Assembly (NCBI GenBank): GCA_016794825.1
Contig: JAEUJH010000672.1
Location: 1-45,698, forward strand
Origin: Gemmatimonadota bacterium
Lineage (GTDB): Bacteria > Gemmatimonadota > Gemmatimonadetes > Gemmatimonadales > GWC2-71-9
Reading direction: 5' to 3'
Length of the DNA: 45,698 nt
Below are positions 32,075-40,293 of the stretch, piece after piece. A program made the position numbers and the translations under genes. The notes beneath the pieces are model-generated. The model did no database searches and was not told the origin of the DNA. It was given only the letters and a program-made list of their open reading frames with translations. Each line of letters begins with the position of its first letter. Within the stretch, counting starts at the first letter, position 1.

Positions 32075-33724
32075 ATGCGACGATTGTTGGCGGGACTGAT
32101 CGCGGCGACGGTACTGGCGGGACGGGCGGAGGGGCAGCGGGTCGAGGTCGCGGTCGGCCCCGGTCTGGTCGACGGCCCGATCACCGGCCGGGCCTACGTC
32201 ATTTTTTCTCGAGACAACAGCCGCGAGCCCCGGTTGCAGGCCGGGTCGTACGCGGGCGGCGTCCCGTTCTTCGGCGTCGACGTCGAGGAACTCCGCGGTG
32301 CCACGCCCGCCGTGTTCGACGCCTCGACCCTCGGCTTTCCGGTCAAGAGCATGCGCGACATTCCGGCCGGTGACTACTTCGTGCAGGGCTTGCTGGCCCC
32401 CTACACCAAGGTGACGCCCAAGCACGGCAAGACCATCTGGGTGCCGTGGGACCAGTGGGAAGGCCGCCAGTGGAACCGGACGCCGGGAAACCTCGTGAGT
32501 GAGGTCCAGCAGGTCCGCTGGGATCCAGGCAGCTCGACTGTCCGGGTCACCCTGACCCGCAAGCTGCCGCCGATCGAGTCGCCGCCGGACACCCGCTGGG
32601 TCAAGCGGATCAAGATGCAGAGCAAGCTGCTCTCCGAGTGGTGGGGGCACCCGGTGTATCTCGGCGCCACGGTCCTGCTGCCCCGAGGCTGGGACGAGAA
32701 CCCGACCACCCGCTATCCCGCCATCTACATCCAGGGCCATTTCAGCGAGGGCGCTCCGTTCGGGTTCAACCCCGACGGGCAACCCGAAACCGCCGAGGCG
32801 CGGAAGGCCCGCTTGGTCCGCACCGCGCGGGAACCCGGATACGAGTTTGCCCAGGCGTGGATGGGCCCCAACTTCCCCCGGATGGTGGCGGTCACCTTCC
32901 AGCACCCGACGCCCTACTACGACGATTCCTACGCGGTCAACTCGGCCAACACCGGGCCGTATCAGGACGCCTTGCTCCAGGAGTTGATCCCGTTCCTGGA
33001 AGAGAAGTTCCGTCTCATCCCGAAGAGCTACGCCCGGCTCCTCACCGGCGGGTCGACCGGTGGCTGGGAAGCGCTGGCTCTGCAGATCCAGCAACCGAAG
33101 TTCTTCGGCGGGACCTGGTCGCTCTATCCGGACGCGGTCGACTTTTCCCGCAACCAGATGATCGACAACTACGCCGATTCCAACGCGTTCATGCCGAACG
33201 CCCGGCCCAACCAGTGGTTGCTCCACGACCGGTTCCTTAGCCGTGGCGAGGACGGTCAGCCCTGGACCACGGTTAGGCAGATGGCCCAACTCGAAATGGT
33301 GCTCGGCTCCAAGGGTCGCGGGGGACAGCAGCTCCAGGTCTACGACGCCGCCTACGGTCCCGTCGGCGACGACGGCTATCCCAAGCCGCTCTTCGACCGG
33401 GTCACCGGCACGATCGACAAGAGCGTCGCCCAGTACTGGCGTGACAACGGGTACGACCTCAATCACTACCTCCGCCAGAACTGGTCGACGATCGGCAAGG
33501 ATCTCAACGGCAAGATCACGGTCTGGACCGGCGACATGGACAACTACTTCCTCAACCTCGCCGTCTACGAGATGGAGAAGACCATCAAGGAGCTCGGCGG
33601 CCGGGCCACGTTCGGGTACGGCCGCCCCATGAAGCCTCATGGATGGCAGCCGGTGAGCAACGCCGAAATGGTGCGCCAGATGTCCCGGCACGTGGCGGCG
33701 CGGGCCAACGTCGAGGGTCGGTGA
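32075..33724 (+). CDS. secreted esterase-family (putative esterase / enterochelin-esterase-like) protein
   Basis: ATG 32075 is preceded by AAGGGGA. Signal peptide MRRLLAGLIAATVLAGRAEG|QRVE. C-terminal alpha/beta-hydrolase-like block with LLTGGSTGGWEAL. Confidence 0.7.
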   Translation: MRRLLAGLIAATVLAGRAEGQRVEVAVGPGLVDGPITGRAYVIFSRDNSREPRLQAGSYAGGVPFFGVDVEELRGATPAVFDASTLGFPVKSMRDIPAGDYFVQGLLAPYTKVTPKHGKTIWVPWDQWEGRQWNRTPGNLVSEVQQVRWDPGSSTVRVTLTRKLPPIESPPDTRWVKRIKMQSKLLSEWWGHPVYLGATVLLPRGWDENPTTRYPAIYIQGHFSEGAPFGFNPDGQPETAEARKARLVRTAREPGYEFAQAWMGPNFPRMVAVTFQHPTPYYDDSYAVNSANTGPYQDALLQELIPFLEEKFRLIPKSYARLLTGGSTGGWEALALQIQQPKFFGGTWSLYPDAVDFSRNQMIDNYADSNAFMPNARPNQWLLHDRFLSRGEDGQPWTTVRQMAQLEMVLGSKGRGGQQLQVYDAAYGPVGDDGYPKPLFDRVTGTIDKSVAQYWRDNGYDLNHYLRQNWSTIGKDLNGKITVWTGDMDNYFLNLAVYEMEKTIKELGGRATFGYGRPMKPHGWQPVSNAEMVRQMSRHVAARANVEGR

Positions 33725-34968
33725 CCGACGCGGGGCCACGCGGTGGGGCGGGGGGCGGGCCGGCAGCGGCCCGCCCCTTCGTCATGTTGGGCTTGATCGC
33801 GGTCGTCGAACTGCTCGGGATGGCCGGCTGGTTTGCGGGCGGCGTCGCGGCCCGGGATCTGGGCGTTCGCTGGCAACTCTCCGCGGTGGAAGCGGCGTGG
33901 CTCACCTCCATCGTCCAGCTGGGTTTCGTGGCCGGCACGCTGGTCGCCGCGGTGCTCAATCTTCCCGATCTGCTCCCAAGTCGCTGGTACGTGGCCGGCG
34001 CCGCGCTGGCCGCCGCCGGGGTCAACGGCTCGATCCTCGTGGTGGACGGCTATCCGGCGGCGCTGGCCACTCGGTTCTTCCTGGGCTTCTGCCTCGCCGG
34101 CGTGTATCCGCCGGCCATGAAGATGGCCGCCACCTGGTTTCGCGATCGCCGCGGGTTTGCCATCGGGGCCGTGGTGGGCGCTCTGACGGTCGGCAAGGCG
34201 TCGCCGTACCTGGTCGAGGCGCTCGGCGGCCTCGGTCTCGAGGCCGTCATCGGATCGACCGCGGCCGCCGCGCTCGCGGCCTCGCTCCTCGTGGCCGTGG
34301 CCTATCGCGACGGACCCTACGGGTTTCCGCGCCGCCCGTTTTCCTGGCGACTCGTGGGCGAGGTGGCCCGGGTGCCCGCGCTCCGCCTGGTCACCGCCGG
34401 CTACCTCGGCCACATGTGGGAACTCTACGCGTTCTGGGGGTTCGTCGCGGCATACTGGGCGGCGTCGCTCGAGGCGGCGGGGTCGCCTGGATCACCCGCG
34501 TTGGTCGCCGGGCTCGCGTTCGTCAGCATTGCGGTGGGGGTGGTGGGGTGCCTCTGGGGCGGACGAGCCGCCGACCGGCTCGGGCGCGAGCGGGTGGTGA
34601 TCTGGTCGCTTGCCGCGAGCGGGACGGCCGCAGTGCTCTCGACCGCGGTCTTCGGTGGGCCGCTCGCGCTCACGCTGGTGGTCATCCTCGTCTGGGGCGT
34701 TGCCGTCATCGCCGACTCGGCCCAGTACAGCGCCCTCGTCACCGAGGTGGCGCCCCCGCACGCCGTGGGCACCGCGCTCACCCTACAGACCTCCCTCGGC
34801 TTCCTCCTGACGATGGTGGCGATCCAGTTCGTCGCGGCGGCCGGTGGGCCCGCCACCCGGTGGGCGTTTCCGGCGCTCGCGTTAGGCCCGGTGGCCGGAA
34901 TTCTGGCCATGTCCGCGCTGGTCCGGGCCCGGCGGGTCCGACTGGAGCCCGGTGGCCCGACCGGATAG
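33721..34968 (+). CDS. MFS transporter
   Basis: About 12 hydrophobic segments. MFS loop-like motifs GRAADRLGRER and FLGFCLAGVYPPA. GTG 33721 overlaps the upstream stop (GTGA); ATG 33784 is an alternative start. Confidence 0.75.
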   Translation: MTDAGPRGGAGGGPAAARPFVMLGLIAVVELLGMAGWFAGGVAARDLGVRWQLSAVEAAWLTSIVQLGFVAGTLVAAVLNLPDLLPSRWYVAGAALAAAGVNGSILVVDGYPAALATRFFLGFCLAGVYPPAMKMAATWFRDRRGFAIGAVVGALTVGKASPYLVEALGGLGLEAVIGSTAAAALAASLLVAVAYRDGPYGFPRRPFSWRLVGEVARVPALRLVTAGYLGHMWELYAFWGFVAAYWAASLEAAGSPGSPALVAGLAFVSIAVGVVGCLWGGRAADRLGRERVVIWSLAASGTAAVLSTAVFGGPLALTLVVILVWGVAVIADSAQYSALVTEVAPPHAVGTALTLQTSLGFLLTMVAIQFVAAAGGPATRWAFPALALGPVAGILAMSALVRARRVRLEPGGPTG

Positions 34969-34977
34969 GTTCCGCCG

Positions 34978-36684
34978 ATGCTGAAGCCGTCGAGGGCCGG
35001 GGTCCGGAGTTTTCTTGCGGGAGGGTTGTTGTGGGCTGCCGTCACCGCGGCACCGCTCCGGGCCCAGGTCGTCACCATCACCGCCACGGACGGCATTTCC
35101 CGCCGGCCATTGGTCGGTGCGCTGCTGTCGCTTCGGGACACCCGGGGCGTTCCGGTGGCCCGGGTGCTGGCCGACGACCGAGGCCGCGGCGTCCTCAAGG
35201 CGCCGGCTCCCGGGCGGTTCGTGGCCCGAGCCGACGCGATCGGGTATCGCGGCACCGCCTCCGAGCCGTTCGACCTCGCGGCCGGGGCCACGCCCGCCGT
35301 GGCCCTGACGCTCGAACCGGCTCCGCTCGGTCTCAACGAACTGGTCGTCGGATCGGAACGAAAGGCGGTCTGCCGCCTCGATGCTCGAACCGGCGGGGCG
35401 ACCTCGCGCCTCTGGGAGGAGGCCCGCAAGGCGCTGACGAGTACGTCGATCGTCGCCTCGTCGCCCTCGGTCATCGAGATCGCGAGCTACGAGCGCCGGC
35501 TCGATCTCTCCGGAACGGTGGTGACCGAAGACCGGGCAGTCCGCCAGACCGGCTCCGTCAAGCCTTTCGTCTCCGCCGATCCCGAGGATCTCCATCGGAA
35601 CGGCTGGGTCCAAACCCGACCCGACGGCGTCTGGTATTTCGGCCCCGACGCCGATCTGCTGCTTTCCGATCAGTTCCTGAACGACCACTGCTTCCGGATC
35701 GAGATGCCGCGGGACGGGCTGGTCGGTCTCTCGTTCGAACCCCATCGCGATCGCGACAAATCCGACGTCAACGGGACCCTCTGGCTCGATGCCCAGTCCC
35801 TCGAACTGCGGCGCCTCGAGTTCGGCTTCATCGGCGTCACCCTCCCGCCCGAAGCCCGCGGCATCGGCGGTCTGGTCGAATTCACCCGCCACCCCACCGG
35901 CGCGTGGTACGTCCAGCGGTGGAGAATCCGGATGCCGACATTCACCCGCATCCTCAAGGCCGTCGGCGCCCGGGACACGCTGACCGGATATCGGGAGGCC
36001 GGCGGCGAAGCGTCGCTGATCGCGGCCGGGCGCCCCGTGCGCCCGGGGGCGACGACGGTGCAGGGCACCGTGTTCGACTCGGTGGCCGGCAAACCGCTGG
36101 CCGGCGTGGCGGTGGCGCTCGGCGGCGGCCGCGCCGATACCACCGACGCCGCCGGCCGATACCTGATCGAGTCGGCCGGGGTCGGGACCTACCTGGTCAC
36201 CTTCGATCACCCACGGTTCGTCGCCCTCGGCCTGGGTCAGCTCCGGGCGGCTGCCAGTCTCCGCCGCGGCCTGGCCGACACCGTCGACCTGGCCACTCCC
36301 TCCGCGGCCACGCTGTTCCGCCGCCTCTGCCCCGCCGACTCGACGCCGGACCTCGGAGCCGTCTTCGGCATCGTGCTCGACAGCGCCACCGGGGCACCGA
36401 TCGAGCGATCCGTCGTCACCCTCCGTGTTTCCGGCGGGTTCACCATGCGCTCCACCCCCACCGACGCCCGGGCCCCGGGCGGGAGCGGGCTTCGGGTCTC
36501 CGTGGTCCAGGATGGCGTGATTTGGGAGGTAACCCCTCCACCCGCTGGCCCGTTTCACGTCTGCGGCGTCCCCAGGCAGCGGCCCCTCAAGGTCCGGGTC
36601 GAGGTACCCGGCCGACCGGCCGTGACGGTCGATCTTGCGCCCAATCCCGACCCGCTTCGCGACCTGATCATCCGGGTGCCCTAG
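34978..36684 (+). CDS. secreted carboxypeptidase-regulatory-like (CarboxypepD_reg) domain protein
   Basis: Signal peptide ...WAAVTAAPLRA|QVVTI. Two CarboxypepD_reg-like beta-sandwich segments (TATDGISRRPLVGALLSL.. and VQGTVFDSVAGKPLAGVAVALGG..TDAAGRYLI). Confidence 0.75.
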   Translation: MLKPSRAGVRSFLAGGLLWAAVTAAPLRAQVVTITATDGISRRPLVGALLSLRDTRGVPVARVLADDRGRGVLKAPAPGRFVARADAIGYRGTASEPFDLAAGATPAVALTLEPAPLGLNELVVGSERKAVCRLDARTGGATSRLWEEARKALTSTSIVASSPSVIEIASYERRLDLSGTVVTEDRAVRQTGSVKPFVSADPEDLHRNGWVQTRPDGVWYFGPDADLLLSDQFLNDHCFRIEMPRDGLVGLSFEPHRDRDKSDVNGTLWLDAQSLELRRLEFGFIGVTLPPEARGIGGLVEFTRHPTGAWYVQRWRIRMPTFTRILKAVGARDTLTGYREAGGEASLIAAGRPVRPGATTVQGTVFDSVAGKPLAGVAVALGGGRADTTDAAGRYLIESAGVGTYLVTFDHPRFVALGLGQLRAAASLRRGLADTVDLATPSAATLFRRLCPADSTPDLGAVFGIVLDSATGAPIERSVVTLRVSGGFTMRSTPTDARAPGGSGLRVSVVQDGVIWEVTPPPAGPFHVCGVPRQRPLKVRVEVPGRPAVTVDLAPNPDPLRDLIIRVP

Positions 36685-36737
36685 TCGCACCCCGACAAGA
36701 CTGGTCGGAATTCCAGCCGGACACTACATTGGGGTCC

Positions 36738-37202
36738 ATGCGCATCACGACCTGGACCGAATACAGTCTGATCATTTCGATCCACTTGGCCAAACGGGGC
36801 CGCCGGGGTGCTTCTCCGGTGGCGGCCCGAGAACTGGCCGAAGTCGAACGCCTCCCCGCCGACTACGTCGAGCAGATCCTGCTCCGGCTCCGCCGGGCCG
36901 GCATCGTCGAGAGCGTGCGCGGTGCCAAGGGCGGGTACTTCCTGGCCCGGGAGCCCGGCCTGATCACGGTGCGCGACGTGATGGCCGCCTCCGAACACCA
37001 GACGTTCGAAATGAACTGCGACACCCATCCGGTGGACGCGGACCGGTGCTCCCCGAGCAGTGCCTGCGCCATTCGACCGGTCTGGCAGGGGCTGCAGCGC
37101 CGGATCGACGATTTCCTCGGCAGCGTCCCCCTGACCGAGCTGCTCCGCGACGAGCCCGGCCCGGAGTTGGTCCCGCTCACCTCGTCGCCGGCGTCGTCCT
37201 GA
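36738..37202 (+). CDS. Rrf2 family transcriptional regulator
   Basis: MRITTWTEYSLIISIHLAK...ELAEVERLPADYVEQILLRLRRAGIVESVRGAKGGYFLA is a winged-HTH. Three Cys (C-x9-C-x5-C) sit in the usual cluster-ligand region. This is the terminal part of the artefactual 1101-aa ORF. Confidence 0.85.
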   Translation: MRITTWTEYSLIISIHLAKRGRRGASPVAARELAEVERLPADYVEQILLRLRRAGIVESVRGAKGGYFLAREPGLITVRDVMAASEHQTFEMNCDTHPVDADRCSPSSACAIRPVWQGLQRRIDDFLGSVPLTELLRDEPGPELVPLTSSPASS

Positions 37203-37221
37203 CGCCGGCCGGGCGGCCCTC

Positions 37222-38352
37222 GTGTCGCTCTCTCCCGACGAACTCACTCGATACGCCCGTCACCTGACCCTCGCCGAGGTCGGGGTGGCGGGGCAGGAAC
37301 GCCTGAAGGCCGCCCGGGTCCTGATCGTCGGAGCCGGTGGACTCGGCTCACCGGCCGCGCTCTATCTGGCCGCCGCCGGCGTCGGCACGATCGGCATCGT
37401 CGACGCCGACCGAGTCGACCTCACCAACCTCCAGCGCCAGATCCTCCATGGCACGGCCTCCATCGGCTTCGGAAAGGCCGCGTCGGCCGCGGACCGCCTC
37501 GAGGATCTCAACCCCACGGTGACGGTGGTGCCGCATCCGGTCCGGCTGACCGCCGCGAACGCGGCCGCGGTGGTCCGCGACTATGACCTGGTCGTCGACG
37601 GCAGCGACAATTTCCCGACTCGCTACCTGATCAACGACGTCGCGGTCCTGGCGGGAAAGCCCGTGGTGCACGCGGCCATCTTCCGGTTCTCGGGCCAGGT
37701 GTCGGTGCTCGGCGCGCCCGGTGGACCCTGCTACCGCTGCCTCTATCCCGAGCCGCCGGAGCCGGGGCTGATTCCCAATTGCGCCGAAGCCGGCGTCCTC
37801 GGCGTGCTGCCCGGCGTTGTCGGCTCCCTCCAGGCCACCGAGGTTCTGAAGTGGATTCTCGGTCTGGGCCAACCCCTGGTCGGCCGGCTCCTCCTCTACG
37901 ACGGCCTCGCGGCCACGACCACGACGATCGCCGTCCGTCGCGATCCCCGGTGCGCCCTCTGTGGCGACGCCCCGACCATCGTGGCGCCAAGCGACCTCGT
38001 GGCGTCGTGCGAGCCGGCGGAACCGCCGGAGTCGCTCCCGGCCGAGATCGCCGTCGCCGACCTGGTCGCGCTGCGGGCGGCGGGTTCCGTCCTCCAGATC
38101 GTCGATGTCCGGGAGGGCTGGGAAGTGGCCATTGCCAGGTTCCCCGACGCCCGGGTCGTGCCCCTCGGCGACCTCCCGGCGCGATTGGCCGATCTCGATC
38201 CCGCCCTCGACGTCATCACCGTCTGTCATCACGGCCAGCGCTCCCTCGTCGCGCAACGGTTTCTGGCTGCCGCCGGCTTCCGGGCCCGGAGTCTGGCCGG
38301 CGGCATCGATGCCTGGGCCGCCACCGTCGATCCCACCCTGTCCCGCTACTGA
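37222..38352 (+). CDS. ThiF/MoeB-type adenylyltransferase with C-terminal rhodanese domain (MoeZ/MoeBR-like sulfur-carrier activating enzyme)
   Basis: GTG start. YARHLTLAEVGVAGQERLKAARVLIVGAGGLGSPAALYLAAAGVG, two CxxC pairs (CYRC, CALC), and a rhodanese active-site loop CHHGQRS. Confidence 0.85.
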   Translation: MSLSPDELTRYARHLTLAEVGVAGQERLKAARVLIVGAGGLGSPAALYLAAAGVGTIGIVDADRVDLTNLQRQILHGTASIGFGKAASAADRLEDLNPTVTVVPHPVRLTAANAAAVVRDYDLVVDGSDNFPTRYLINDVAVLAGKPVVHAAIFRFSGQVSVLGAPGGPCYRCLYPEPPEPGLIPNCAEAGVLGVLPGVVGSLQATEVLKWILGLGQPLVGRLLLYDGLAATTTTIAVRRDPRCALCGDAPTIVAPSDLVASCEPAEPPESLPAEIAVADLVALRAAGSVLQIVDVREGWEVAIARFPDARVVPLGDLPARLADLDPALDVITVCHHGQRSLVAQRFLAAAGFRARSLAGGIDAWAATVDPTLSRY

Positions 38353-38658
38353 CGGATCCGCCTAACGCCGCGTCAGGGATCGCCGACGGCGACGACCCGG
38401 TCGTTGGCGCGGGCCGGCGACACGTGTGGCCAGCCCGTTTCGGGGAGTGCCGAAGCGGCCGTCACGGTTCTGGTCGGCACGCCGTCGAGAATCCGAACGA
38501 TGACTCGGAACCCGGACCAACCCCGATCCCGATGCGGGGTCCGCGTTTACGGGTCCGCCGTGCGAGAAGCTGCGCGCCCGAATTCAAGGCTTCTTCACGA
38601 TCTGGCACCGCGCTTGCCCTTCGACCTCATCGACACTCACTCGATCGAGGCCCTGGTC

Positions 38659-39231
38659 ATGCTCGCTACTCGTCGTTGGCGCCACGCGCTCGTCGCCGTC
38701 ACCCTGATCGCGACCGCCGGCGTCGGGTGCGGCGGTGACCTGGTGGCGCCCCAGCCCGAACCGCCGACCGGCCCGGAGCTGAGCCTCCTCGGCGATCTGG
38801 CCGGGACCACCAGAACCGTCCTCCGCAAGACCACCGGGCTCGTCTTCGGGCTGCTGCGCTGTGTCCCGCTCCAGGGCGACGTCACCAGCCGGAACATCGG
38901 ACCCGCGGGCGGGGTCATCCGCGCCGGGGAGTACACCCTCGCCGTTCCCGCGGGGGCGCTCGATCGAACCGTCCGGATCACGATGGAGCAGGTCCGCGAT
39001 ACCGTGAACTCGGTTCGGTTCGCGCCGGAGGGGCTCCACTTTGCCCGCTCCGCGCGCCTCACGATGAGCTACGAGAATTGTCGGCCGGCGCCCGGTGGTC
39101 GTGATCACCGCATCGTCTACGTCGACGAAGCGCTCCGGGTGCTCGAGACGCCCGCGTCCCGCGACGATCGCCGGGCCGAGGAAGTCTCCGGGCAGGTCGA
39201 TCACTTCTCCAGATACGCGGTGGCCTGGTAG
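38659..39231 (+). CDS. hypothetical lipoprotein
   Basis: ATG 38659 gives a canonical lipobox signal, MLATRRWRHALVAVTLIATAGVGC. GC3-rich. The upstream part of track ORF 38404..39231 lacks coding character. Confidence 0.65.
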   Translation: MLATRRWRHALVAVTLIATAGVGCGGDLVAPQPEPPTGPELSLLGDLAGTTRTVLRKTTGLVFGLLRCVPLQGDVTSRNIGPAGGVIRAGEYTLAVPAGALDRTVRITMEQVRDTVNSVRFAPEGLHFARSARLTMSYENCRPAPGGRDHRIVYVDEALRVLETPASRDDRRAEEVSGQVDHFSRYAVAW

Positions 39232-39243
39232 AGGCCCGCGCTC

Positions 39244-40293
39244 ATGCACCTCGCTCCGGCCGGGGACCGTCTCGAGGACGACGGGGCAGGGGCCCGGGCC
39301 CGGGGGATACTGGCCGACGCGGTCGCCCTCGACCGCGCCGGCCGATCGCGTCGCGCCGAGGTTGCCCTGGCCGAGGCGGCCGAGATGGGTCGCCTGGTCG
39401 GCGACCGGCTGATCGAGTCCGAGGCGCACCGACGCCTCGCGGTCATCCGGCACCACGCGGGCGATCGCGTCGACGCCGGACGCCACGGCAACGCCGCGCT
39501 GGCGGCCGCCCGGGCCGCGGCCGATCCCGCGGCCGAGGCTCACTGCCTCAACGTACTCGGCGGGATCGCCCTCGAGCTTGGAGACCTGGAGGAGGCTCGA
39601 GCCGCTTTCGTCGCGGCTCGCCACCTGGCGGTGCCCGACGCCCTCATCGGTCGGATCGAGCAGAATCTCGGGATCGTCGCCGACGTGGCCGGCGATTCCG
39701 CGGCCGCGCTCCAGCACTACGGCTGCGCCCTCCGGGCCTTTGGCCGCGCCGGCGACGACCACGGGGTCGCCATCGCCCATCACAACCTGGGCAAGCTCAG
39801 CTTCACCCGCGGCGAGTTCGGCCTCGCGGAGCGGTACTTCGACCGCGCGCTCGGGGCCGCGGTGCGGGTCGGCGACCTCCGGCTCGAGGGGCTCTGCCAT
39901 CTGAACCGGGCCGAGGCGCGGTTGTCGCAGGGCCGGCCCGAGGCCGCCTGGGACGATGTCGAGCGCGCCCAGGCGCTCTTCTCCCAGCTGGGGTCCTTGG
40001 TCGAGGAGGCCGAGGTCTATCGCCTGTTCGGCGCGGTCTTCCGTCATCTCGGCCGCGACGGAACCGCCGAGGCCAACTTGCTCGCCGCCTGCGAGCACGC
40101 TCGACGGACCGGCGCCGTCCTGACCGAAGCGGCGAGTCATCGCGAGTTGGCCCGGCTCCGACTCGATCAGGGACGGACCACCGAGGCGGTCGAGGCCTAC
40201 CGGCGGGCCGGCACGCTGTTCGACCGGATCGGAGCCCGCGGTGAGGGGGCCGAGATCGATGCCTGCCTCGCCACGGTCGGAGCGTCCCCATGA
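39244..40293 (+). CDS. TPR-repeat protein (stand-alone paralogue of the N-terminal domain of the next gene)
   Basis: Repeated 40-aa helical pairs (..NLGIVADVAGDSAAALQHYGCAL.., ..HHNLGKLSFTRGEFGLAERYFDRAL..) are colinear with aa 90-330 of the HD-GYP protein. The stop overlaps the next start (ATGA). Confidence 0.75.
   Translation: MHLAPAGDRLEDDGAGARARGILADAVALDRAGRSRRAEVALAEAAEMGRLVGDRLIESEAHRRLAVIRHHAGDRVDAGRHGNAALAAARAAADPAAEAHCLNVLGGIALELGDLEEARAAFVAARHLAVPDALIGRIEQNLGIVADVAGDSAAALQHYGCALRAFGRAGDDHGVAIAHHNLGKLSFTRGEFGLAERYFDRALGAAVRVGDLRLEGLCHLNRAEARLSQGRPEAAWDDVERAQALFSQLGSLVEEAEVYRLFGAVFRHLGRDGTAEANLLAACEHARRTGAVLTEAASHRELARLRLDQGRTTEAVEAYRRAGTLFDRIGARGEGAEIDACLATVGASP

Noticed and set aside
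33897-36737. First ~950 codons of the 1101-aa plus-strand ORF 33897..37202
   Set aside because: This frame is out of phase with the MFS and CarboxypepD_reg genes and translates to Arg/Gly/Pro junk. Only the last 154 codons, from ATG 36738, form a real Rrf2 regulator.
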